The notes under the pieces: model-generated
Told to the model about the DNA's origin: nothing
The model's input: the letters and a program-made list of their open reading frames with translations, nothing else
Database searches by the model: none
Shown: one piece after another, positions 24,101-36,100 of the stretch
How positions within the stretch are numbered: the stretch's first letter is position 1
How the letters are laid out: every line of letters starts with the position of its first letter
Program-made: the position numbers and the translations under genes
DNA from: the human T2T-CHM13v2.0 reference genome, Homo sapiens
DNA length: 64,000 nucleotides
Assembly: GCF_009914755.1 (NCBI RefSeq)
Contig: NC_060943.1
Strand: one strand, 5' to 3'

Positions 24101-27001
24101 CAACTCACAGAGTTTAACCTTTCTTTTCATAGAGCAGTTGGGAAACACTGTTTGTAAAGTCTGCAAGTGGATATTCAGACATCCTTGATGCTTTCGTTGG
24201 AAACGGGATTTCTTCATATTCTGCTAGAAAGAAGAATTCTCAGTAACTTCCTTGTGTTGTGTGTATTCAACTCACAGAGTTGCACGATCCTTTACACAGA
24301 GCAGACTTGAAACACTCTTTTTGTGGAATTTGCAAGTGGAGATTTCAGCCGCTTTGAGGTCAATGGTAGAATAGGAAATATCTTCCTATAGAAACTAGAC
24401 AGAATGATTCTCAGAAACTCCTTTGTGATGTGTGCGTTCAACTCACAGAGTTCAACCTTTCTTTTCATAGAGCAGTTGGGAAACACTCTGTAAAGTCTGC
24501 AAGTGGATATTCAGACTTCTTTGAGGCCTTCGTTGGAAGCGGGATTTCTTCATATTCTGCTAGACAGAAGAATTCTCAGTAACTGCCTTGTGTTGTGTGT
24601 ATTCAACTCACAGAGTTGAACGATCCTTTACACAGAGCAGACTTGAAACACTCTTTTTGTGGAATTTGCAAGTGGAGATTTCAGCCGCTTTGAGGTCAAT
24701 GGTAGAATAGGAAATATCTTCCTATAGAAACTAGACAGAATGATTCTCAGAAACTCCTTTGTGATGTGTGCGTTCAACTCACAGAGTTTACCCTTTCTTT
24801 TCATAGAGCAGTTAGGAAACACTCTGTTTGTAAAGTCTGCAAGTGGATATTCAGACATCCTTGAGGCTTTCGTTGGAAACGGGATTTCTTCATATTCTGC
24901 CAGAAAGAAGAATTCTCAGTAACTTCCTTGTGTTGTGTGTATTCAACTCACAGAGTTGAACGATCCTTTACACAGAGCAGACTTGAAACACTCTTTTTGT
25001 GGAATTTGCAAGTGGAGATTTCAGCCGCTTTGAGGTCAATGGTAGAATAGGAAATATCTTCCTATAGAAACTAGACAGAATGATTCTCAGAAACTCCTTT
25101 GTGATGTGTGCGTTCAACTCACAGAGTTTAACCTTTCTTTTCATAGAGCAGTTAGGAAACACTCTGTTTGTAAAGTCTGCAAGTGGATATTCAGACCTCC
25201 TTGAGGCCTTCGTTGGAAACGGGATTTCTTCATATTATGCTAGACAGAAGAATTCTCAGTAACTTCCTTGTGTTGTGTGTATTCAACTCACAGAGTTGAA
25301 CGATCCTTTACACAGAGCAGACTTGAAACACTCTTTTTGTGGAATTTGCAAGTGGAGATTTCAGCCGCTTTGAGTTCAATGGTAGAATAGGAAATATCTT
25401 CCTATAGAAACTAGACAGAATGATTCTCAGAAACTCCTTTGTGATGCGTGCGTTCAACTCACAGAGTTCAACCTTTCTTTTCATAGAGCAGTTGGGAAAC
25501 ACTCTGTTTGTAAAGTCTGCAAGTGGATATTCAGACTTCTTTGAGGCCTTCGTTGGAAGCGGGATTTCTTCATATTCTGCTAGACAGAAGAATTCTCAGT
25601 AACTTCCTTGTGTTGTGTGTATTCAACTCACAGAGTTGAACGATCCTTTACACAGAGCAGACTTGAAACACTCTTTTTGTGGAATTTGCAAGTGGAGATT
25701 TCAGCCGCTTTGAGGTCAATGGTAGAATAGGAAATATCTTCCTATAGAAACTAGACAGAATGATTCTCAGAAACTCCTTTGTGATGTGTGCGTTCAACTC
25801 ACAGAGTTTAACCTTTCTTTTCATAGAGCAGTTAGGAAACACTCTGTTTGTAAAGTCTGCAAGTGGATATTCAGACATCCTTGAGGCTTTCGTTGGAAAC
25901 GGGATTTCTTCATATTCTGCTAGAAAGAAGAATTCTCAGTAACTTCCTTGTGTTGTGTGTATTCAACTCACAGAGTTGAACGATCCTTTACACAGAGCAG
26001 ACTTGAAACACTCCTTTTGTGGAATTTGCAAGTGGAGATTTCAGCCGCTTTGAGGTCAATGGTAGAATAGGAAATATCTTCCTATAGAAACTAGACAGAA
26101 TGATTCTCAGAAACTCCTTTGTGATGTGTGCGTTCAACTCACAGAGTTTAACCTTTCTTTTCATAGAGCAGTTGGGAAACACTGTTTGTAAAGTCTGCAA
26201 GTGGATATTCAGACATCCTTGATGCTTTCGTTGGAAACGGGATTTCTTCATATTCTGCTAGAAAGAAGAATTCTCAGTAACTTCCTTGTGTTGTGTGTAT
26301 TCAACTCACAGAGTTGCACGATCCTTTACACAGAGCAGACTTGAAACACTCTTTTTGTGGAATTTGCAAGTGGAGATTTCAGCCGCTTTGAGGTCAATGG
26401 TAGAATAGGAAATATCTTCCTATAGAAACTAGACAGAATGATTCTCAGAAACTCCTTTGTGATGTGTGCGTTCAACTCACAGAGTTCAACCTTTCTTTTC
26501 ATAGAGCAGTTGGGAAACACTCTGTAAAGTCTGCAAGTGGATATTCAGACTTCTTTGAGGCCTTCGTTGGAAGCGGGATTTCTTCATATTCTGCTAGACA
26601 GAAGAATTCTCAGTAACTGCCTTGTGTTGTGTGTATTCAACTCACAGAGTTGAACGATCCTTTACACAGAGCAGACTTGAAACACTCTTTTTGTGGAATT
26701 TGCAAGTGGAGATTTCAGCCGCTTTGAGGTCAATGGTAGAATAGGAAATATCTTCCTATAGAAACTAGACAGAATGATTCTCAGAAACTCCTTTGTGATG
26801 TGTGCGTTCAACTCACAGAGTTTACCCTTTCTTTTCATAGAGCAGTTAGGAAACACTCTGTTTGTAAAGTCTGCAAGTGGATATTCAGACATCCTTGAGG
26901 CTTTCGTTGGAAACGGGATTTCTTCATATTCTGCCAGAAAGAAGAATTCTCAGTAACTTCCTTGTGTTGTGTGTATTCAACTCACAGAGTTGAACGATCC
27001 T
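18186..27001 (+). repeat. Two near-identical 4408-bp (13-dimer) units, each containing two 2034-bp (6-dimer) subunits plus one dimer
   Basis: The 2-bp deletion dimers are spaced 2034, 2374 and 2034 bp apart (ORFs 19546, 21580, 23954, 25988). GAGCCGT/CTGATTG and TAACTTTCT recur only at +4408. Confidence 0.9.
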
Positions 27002-30000
27002 TTACACAGAGCAGACTTGAAACACTCTTTTTGTGGAATTTGCAAGTGGAGATTTCAGCCGCTTTGAGGTCAATGGTAGAATAGGAAATATCTTCCTATA
27101 GAAACTAGACAGAATGATTCTCAGAAACTCCTTTGTGATGTGTGCGTTCAACTCACAGAGTTTAACCTTTCTTTTCATAGAGCAGTTAGGAAACACTCTG
27201 TTTGTACAGTCTGCAAGTGGATATTCAGACATCCTTGAGGCTTTCGTTGGAAACGGGATTTCTTCATATTCTGCTAGAAAGAAGAATTCTCAGTAACTTC
27301 CTTGTGTTGTGTGTATTCAACTCACAGAGTTGAACGATCCTTTACACAGAGCAGACTTGAAACACTCTTTTTGTGGAATTTGCAAGTGGAGATTTCAGCC
27401 GCTGTGAGGTCAATGGTAGAATAGGAAATATCTTCCTATAGAAACTAGACAGAATGATTCTCAGAAACTCCTTTGTGATGTGTGCGTTCAACTCACAGAG
27501 TTTAACCTTTCTTTTCATAGAGCAGTTGGGAAACACTCTGTTTGTAAAGTCTGCAAGTGGATATTCAGACATCCTTGAGGCTTTCGTTGGAAACGGGATT
27601 TCTTCATATTCTGCTAGAAAGAAGAATTCTCAGTAACTTCCTTGTGTTGTGTGTATTCAACTCACAGAGTTGAACGATCCTTTACACAGAGCAGACTTGA
27701 AACACTCTTTTTGTGGAATTTGCAAGTGGAGATTTCAGCCGCTTTGAGTTCAATGGTAGAATAGGAAATATCTTCCTATAGAAACTAGACGGAATGATTC
27801 TCAGAAACTCCTTTGTGATGTGTGCGTTCAACTCACAGAGTTCAACCTTTCTTTTCATAGAGCAGTTGGGAAACACTCTGTTTGTAAAGTCTGCAAGTGG
27901 ATATTCAGACTTCTTTGAGGCCTTCGTTGGAAGCGGGATTTCTTCATATTCTGCTAGACAGAAGAATTCTCAGAAACTTCCTTGTGTTGTTTGTTTTCAA
28001 CTCACAGAGTTGAACGATCCTTTACACAGAGCAGACTTGAAACACTCCTTTTGTGGAATTTGCAAGTGGAGATTTCAGCCGCTTTGAGGTCAATGGTAGA
28101 ATAGGAAATATCTTCCTATAGAAAGTAGACAGAATGATTCTCAGAAACTCCTTTGTGATGTGTGCGTTCAACTCACAGAGTTTAACCTTTCTTTTCATAG
28201 AGCAGTTAGGAAACACTCTGTTTGTAAAGTCTGCAAGTGGATATTCAGACCTCCTTGAGGCCTTCGTTGGAAACGGGATTTCTTCCTATTATGCTAGACA
28301 GAAGAATTCTCAGTAACTTCCTTGTGTTGTGTGTATTCAACTCACAGAATTGAACGATCCTTTACACAGAGCAGACTTGAAACACTCTTTTTGTGGAATT
28401 TGCAAGTGGAGATTTCAGCCGCTTTGAGTTCAATGGTAGAATAGGAAATATCTTCCTATAGAAACTAGACAGAATGATTCTCAGAAACTCCTTTGTGATG
28501 TGTGCGTTCAACTCACAGAGTTCAACCTTTCTTTTCATAGAGCAGTTGGGAAACACTCTGTTTGTAAAGTCTGCAAGTGGATATTCAGACTTCTTTGAGG
28601 CCTTCGTTGGAAGCGGGATTTCTTCATATTCTGCTAGACAGAAGAATTCTCAGTAACTTCCTTGTGTTGTGTGTATTCAACTCACAGAGTTGAACGATCC
28701 TTTACACAGAGCAGACTTGAAACACTCTTTTTGTGGAATTTGCAAGTGGAGATTTCAGCCGCTTTGAGGTCAATGGTAGAATAGGAAATATCTTCCTATA
28801 GAAACTAGACAGAATGATTCTCAGAAACTCCTTTGTGATGTGTGCGTTCAACTCACAGAGTTTAACCTTTCTTTTCATAGAGCAGTTAGGAAACACTCTG
28901 TTTGTAAAGTCTGCAAGTGGATATTCAGACATCCTTGAGGCTTTCGTTGGAAACGGGATTTCTTCATATTCTGCTAGAAAGAAGAATTCTCAGTAACTTC
29001 CTTGTGTTGTGTGTATTCAACTCACGGAGTTGAACGATCCTTTACACAGAGCAGACTTGAAACACTCCTTTTGTGGAATTTGCAAGTGGAGATTTCAGCC
29101 GCTTTGAGGTCAATGGTAGAATAGGAAATATCTTCCTATAGAAAGTAGACAGAATGATTCTCAGAAACTCCTTTGTGATGTGTGCGTTCAACTCACAGAG
29201 TTTAACCTTTCTTTTCATAGAGCTGTTAGGAAACACTCTGTTTGTAAAGTCTGCAAGTGGATATTCAGACCTCCTTGAGGCCTTCGTTGGAAACGGGATT
29301 TCTTCATATTATGCTAGACAGAAGAATTCTCAGTAACTTCCTTGTGTTGTGTGTATTCAACTCACAGAGTTGAACGATCCTTTACACAGAGCAGACTTGA
29401 AACACTCTTTTTGTGGAATTTGCAAGTGGAGATTTCAGCCGCTTTGAGGTCAATGGTAGAATAGGAAATATCTTCCTATAGAAACTAGACAGAATGATTC
29501 TCAGAAACTCCTTTGTGATGTGTGCGTTCAACTCACAGAGTTCAACCTTTCTTTTCATAGAGCAGTTGGGAAACACTCTGTAAAGTCTGCAAGTGGATAT
29601 TCAGACTTCTTTGAGGCCTTCGTTGGAAGCGGGATTTCTTCATATTCTGCTAGACAGAAGAATTCTCAGTAACTGCCTTGTGTTGTGTGTATTCAACTCA
29701 CAGAGTTGAACGATCGTTTACACAGAGCAGACTTGAAACACTCTTTTTGTGGAATTTGCAAGTGGAGATTTCAGCCGCTTTGAGGTCAATGGTAGAATAG
29801 GAAATATCTTCCTATAGAAACTAGACAGAATGATTCTCAGAAACTCCTTTGTGATGTGTGCGTTCAACTCACAGAGTTTACCCTTTCTTTTCATAGAGCA
29901 GTTAGGAAACACTCTGTTTGTAAAGTCTGCAAGTGGATATTCAGACATCCTTGAGGCTTTCGTTGGAAACGGGATTTCTTCATATTCTGCCAGAAAGAAG

Positions 30001-33000
30001 AATTCTCAGTAACTTCCTTGTGTTGTGTGTATTCAACTCACAGAGTTGAACGATCCTTTACACAGAGCAGACTTGAAACACTCTTTTTGTGGAATTTGCA
30101 AGTGGAGATTTCAGCCGCTTTGAGGTCAATGGTAGAATAGGAAATATCTTCCTATAGAAACTAGACAGAATGATTCTCAGAAACTCCTTTGTGATGTGTG
30201 CGTTCAACTCACAGAGTTTAACCTTTCTTTTCATAGAGCAGTTAGGAAACACTCTGTTTGTACAGTCTGCAAGTGGATATTCAGACATCCTTGAGGCTTT
30301 CGTTGGAAACGGGATTTCTTCATATTCTGCTAGAAAGAAGAATTCTCAGTAACTTCCTTGTGTTGTGTGTATTCAACTCACAGAGTTGAACGATCCTTTA
30401 CACAGAGCAGACTTGAAACACTCTTTTTGTGGAATTTGCAAGTGGAGATTTCAGCCGCTGTGAGGTCAATGGTAGAATAGGAAATATCTTCCTATAGAAA
30501 CTAGACAGAATGATTCTCAGAAACTCCTTTGTGATGTGTGCGTTCAACTCACAGAGTTTAACCTTTCTTTTCATAGAGCAGTTGGGAAACACTCTGTTTG
30601 TAAAGTCTGCAAGTGGATATTCAGACATCCTTGAGGCTTTCGTTGGAAACGGGATTTCTTCATATTCTGCTAGAAAGAAGAATTCTCAGTAACTTCCTTG
30701 TGTTGTGTGTATTCAACTCACAGAGTTGAACGATCCTTTACACAGAGCAGACTTGAAACACTCTTTTTGTGGAATTTGCAAGTGGAGATTTCAGCCGCTT
30801 TGAGTTCAATGGTAGAATAGGAAATATCTTCCTATAGAAACTAGACGGAATGATTCTCAGAAACTCCTTTGTGATGTGTGCGTTCAACTCACAGAGTTCA
30901 ACCTTTCTTTTCATAGAGCAGTTGGGAAACACTCTGTTTGTAAAGTCTGCAAGTGGATATTCAGACTTCTTTGAGGCCTTCGTTGGAAGCGGGATTTCTT
31001 CATATTCTGCTAGACAGAAGAATTCTCAGAAACTTCCTTGTGTTGTTTGTTTTCAACTCACAGAGTTGAACGATCCTTTACACAGAGCAGACTTGAAACA
31101 CTCCTTTTGTGGAATTTGCAAGTGGAGATTTCAGCCGCTTTGAGGTCAATGGTAGAATAGGAAATATCTTCCTATAGAAAGTAGACAGAATGATTCTCAG
31201 AAACTCCTTTGTGATGTGTGCGTTCAACTCACAGAGTTTAACCTTTCTTTTCATAGAGCAGTTAGGAAACACTCTGTTTGTAAAGTCTGCAAGTGGATAT
31301 TCAGACCTCCTTGAGGCCTTCGTTGGAAACGGGATTTCTTCCTATTATGCTAGACAGAAGAATTCTCAGTAACTTCCTTGTGTTGTGTGTATTCAACTCA
31401 CAGAATTGAACGATCCTTTACACAGAGCAGACTTGAAACACTCTTTTTGTGGAATTTGCAAGTGGAGATTTCAGCCGCTTTGAGTTCAATGGTAGAATAG
31501 GAAATATCTTCCTATAGAAACTAGACAGAATGATTCTCAGAAACTCCTTTGTGATGTGTGCGTTCAACTCACAGAGTTCAACCTTTCTTTTCATAGAGCA
31601 GTTGGGAAACACTCTGTTTGTAAAGTCTGCAAGTGGATATTCAGACTTCTTTGAGGCCTTCGTTGGAAGCGGGATTTCTTCATATTCTGCTAGACAGAAG
31701 AATTCTCAGTAACTTCCTTGTGTTGTGTGTATTCAACTCACAGAGTTGAACGATCCTTTACACAGAGCAGACTTGAAACACTCTTTTTGTGGAATTTGCA
31801 AGTGGAGATTTCAGCCGCTTTGAGGTCAATGGTAGAATAGGAAATATCTTCCTATAGAAACTAGACAGAATGATTCTCAGAAACTCCTTTGTGATGTGTG
31901 CGTTCAACTCACAGAGTTTAACCTTTCTTTTCATAGAGCAGTTAGGAAACACTCTGTTTGTAAAGTCTGCAAGTGGATATTCAGACATCCTTGAGGCTTT
32001 CGTTGGAAACGGGATTTCTTCATATTCTGCTAGAAAGAAGAATTCTCAGTAACTTCCTTGTGTTGTGTGTATTCAACTCACGGAGTTGAACGATCCTTTA
32101 CACAGAGCAGACTTGAAACACTCCTTTTGTGGAATTTGCAAGTGGAGATTTCAGCCGCTTTGAGGTCAATGGTAGAATAGGAAATATCTTCCTATAGAAA
32201 GTAGACAGAATGATTCTCAGAAACTCCTTTGTGATGTGTGCGTTCAACTCACAGAGTTTAACCTTTCTTTTCATAGAGCTGTTAGGAAACACTCTGTTTG
32301 TAAAGTCTGCAAGTGGATATTCAGACCTCCTTGAGGCCTTCGTTGGAAACGGGATTTCTTCATATTATGCTAGACAGAAGAATTCTCAGTAACTTCCTTG
32401 TGTTGTGTGTATTCAACTCACAGAGTTGAACGATCCTTTACACAGAGCAGACTTGAAACACTCTTTTTGTGGAATTTGCAAGTGGAGATTTCAGCCGCTT
32501 TGAGGTCAATGGTAGAATAGGAAATATCTTCCTATAGAAACTAGACAGAATGATTCTCAGAAACTCCTTTGTGATGTGTGCGTTCAACTCACAGAGTTCA
32601 ACCTTTCTTTTCATAGAGCAGTTGGGAAACACTCTGTAAAGTCTGCAAGTGGATATTCAGACTTCTTTGAGGCCTTCGTTGGAAGCGGGATTTCTTCATA
32701 TTCTGCTAGACAGAAGAATTCTCAGTAACTGCCTTGTGTTGTGTGTATTCAACTCACAGAGTTGAACGATCGTTTACACAGAGCAGACTTGAAACACTCT
32801 TTTTGTGGAATTTGCAAGTGGAGATTTCAGCCGCTTTGAGGTCAATGGTAGAATAGGAAATATCTTCCTATAGAAACTAGACAGAATGATTCTCAGAAAC
32901 TCCTTTGTGATGTGTGCGTTCAACTCACAGAGTTTACCCTTTCTTTTCATAGAGCAGTTAGGAAACACTCTGTTTGTAAAGTCTGCAAGTGGATATTCAG

Positions 33001-33113
33001 ACATCCTTGAGGCTTTCGTTGGAAACGGGATTTCTTCATATTCTGCCAGAAAGAAGAATTCTCAGTAACTTCCTTGTGTTGTGTGTATTCAACTCACAGA
33101 GTTGAACGATCCT
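27002..33113 (+). repeat. Two apparently identical 3056-bp (9-dimer) units, with partial copies on both sides
   Basis: GTACAG, GCTGTGAGG, GACGGAA, GTTTGTTTT, CTTCCTATT, CAGAATTG, CACGGAG, GAGCTGTT, the 4-bp deletion and GATCGTTT all recur at +3056. Confidence 0.9.
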
Positions 33114-36100
33114 TTACACAGAGCAGACTTGAAACACTCTTTTTGTGGAATTTGCAAGTGGAGATTTCAGCCGCTTTGAGGTCAATGGTAGAATAGGAAA
33201 TATCTTCCTATAGAAACTAGACAGAATGATTCTCAGAAACTCCTTTGTGATGTGTGCGTTCAACTCACAGAGTTTAACCTTTCTTTTCATAGAGCAGTTA
33301 GGAAACACTCTGTTTGTACAGTCTGCAAGTGGATATTCAGACATCCTTGAGGCTTTCGTTGGAAACGGGATTTCTTCATATTCTGCTAGAAAGAAGAATT
33401 CTCAGTAACTTCCTTGTGTTGTGTGTATTCAACTCACAGAGTTGAACGATCCTTTACACAGAGCAGACTTGAAACACTCTTTTTGTGGAATTTGCAAGTG
33501 GAGATTTCAGCCGCTGTGAGGTCAATGGTAGAATAGGAAATATCTTCCTATAGAAACTAGACAGAATGATTCTCAGAAACTCCTTTGTGATGTGTGCGTT
33601 CAACTCACAGAGTTCAACCTTTCTTTTCATAGAGCAGTTGGGAAACACTCTGTTTGTAAAGTCTGCAAGTGGATATTCAGACATCCTTGAGGCTTTCGTT
33701 GGAAACGGGATTTCTTCATATTCTGCTAGAAAGAAGAATTCTCAGTAACTTCCTGGTGTTGTGTGTATTCAACTCACAGAGTTGAACGATCCTTTACACA
33801 GAGCAGACTTGAAACACTCTTTTTGTGGAATTTGCAAGTGGAGATTTCAGCCGCTTTGAGTTCAATGGTAGAATAGGAAATATCTTCCTATAGAAACTAG
33901 ACGGAATGATTCTCAGAAACTCCTTTGTGATGTGTGCGTTCAACTCACAGAGTTCAACCTTTCTTTTCATAGAGCAGTTGGGAAACACTCTGTTTGTAAA
34001 GTCTGCAAGTGGATATTCAGACTTCTTTGAGGCCTTCGTTGGAAGCGGGATTTCTTCATGTTCTGCTAGACAGAAGAATTCTCAGAAACTTCCTTGTGTT
34101 GTGTGTTTTCAACTCACAGAGTTGAGCGATCCTTTACACAGAGCAGACTTGAAACACTCCTTTTGTGGAATTTGCAAGTGGAGATTTCAGCCGCTTTGAG
34201 GTCAATGGTAGAATAGGAAATATCTTCCTATAGAAAGTAGACAGAATGATTCTCAGAAACTCCTTTGTGATGTGTGCGTTCAACTCACAGAGTTTAACCT
34301 TTCTTTTCATAGAGCAGTTAGGAAACACTCTGTTTGTAAAGTCTGCAAGTGGATATTCAGACCTCCTTGAGGCCTTCGTTGGAAACGGGATTTCTTCATA
34401 TTATGCTAGATAGAAGAATTCTCAGTAACTTCCTTGTGTTGTGTGTATTCAACTCACAGAATTGAACGATCCTTTACACAGAGCAGACTTGAAACACTCT
34501 TTTTGTGGAATTTGCAAGTGGAGATTTCAGCCGCTTTGAGGTCAATGGTAGAATAGGAAATATCTTCCTATAGAAACTAGACAGAATGATTCTCAGAAAC
34601 TCCTTTGTGATGTGTGCGTTCAACTCACAGAGTTTAACCTTTCTTTTCATAGAGCAGTTAGGAAACACTCTGTTTGTAAAGTCTGCAAGTGGATATTCAG
34701 ACATCCTTGAGGCTTTCGTTGGAAACGGGATTTCTTCATATTCTGCTAGAAAGAAGAATTCTCAGTAACTTCCTTGTGTTGTGTGTATTCAACTCACGGA
34801 GTTGAACGATCCTTTACACAGAGCAGACTTGAAACACTCCTTTTGTGGAATTTGCAAGTGGAGATTTCAGCCGCTTTGAGGTCAATGGTAGAATAGGAAA
34901 TATCTTCCTATAGAAAGTAGACAGAATGATTCTCAGAAACTCCTTTGTGATGTGTGCGTTCAACTCACAGAGTTTAACCTTTCTTTTCATAGAGCTGTTA
35001 GGAAACACTCTGTTTGTAAAGTCTGCAAGTGGATATTCAGACCTCCTTGAGGCCTTCGTTGGAAACGGGATTTCTTCATATTATGCTAGACAGAAGAATT
35101 CTCAGTAACTTCCTTGTGTTGTGTGTATTCAACTCACAGAGTTGAACGATCCTTTACACAGAGCAGACTTGAAACACTCTTTTTGTGGAATTTGCAAGTG
35201 GAGATTTCAGCCGCTTTGAGTTCAATGGTAGAATAGGAAATATCTTCCTATAGAAACTAGACAGAATGATTCTCAGAAACTCCTTTGTGATGCGTGCGTT
35301 CAACTCACAGAGTTCAACCTTTCTTTTCATAGAGCAGTTGGGAAACACTCTGTTTGTAAAGTCTGCAAGTGGATATTCAGACTTCTTTGAGGCCTTCGTT
35401 GGAAGCGGGATTTCTTCATATTCTGCTAGACAGAAGAATTCTCAGTAACTTCCTTGTGTTGTGTGTATTCAACTCACAGAGTTGAACGATCCTTTACACA
35501 GAGCAGACTTGAAACACTCTTTTTGTGGAATTTGCAAGTGGAGATTTCAGCCGCTTTGAGGTCAATGGTAGAATAGGAAATATCTTCCTATAGAAACTAG
35601 ACAGAATGATTCTCAGAAACTCCTTTGTGATGTGTGCGTTCAACTCACAGAGTTTAACCTTTCTTTTCATAGAGCAGTTAGGAAACACTCTGTTTGTAAA
35701 GTCTGCAAGTGGATATTCAGACATCCTTGAGGCTTTCGTTGGAAACGGGATTTCTTCATATTCTGCTAGAAAGAAGAATTCTCAGTAACTTCCTTGTCTT
35801 GTGTGTATTCAACTCACAGAGTTGAACGATCCTTTACACAGAGCAGACTTGAAACACTCCTTTTGTGGAATTTGCAAGTGGAGATTTCAGCCGCTTTGAG
35901 GTCAATGGTAGAATAGGAAATATCTTCCTATAGAAACTAGACAGAATGATTCTCAGAAACTCCTTTGTGATGTGTGCGTTCAACTCACAGAGTTTAACCT
36001 TTCTTTTCATAGAGCAGTTGGGAAACACTGTTTGTAAAGTCTGCAAGTGGATATTCAGACATCCTTGAGGCTTTCGTTGGAAACGGGATTTCTTCATATT

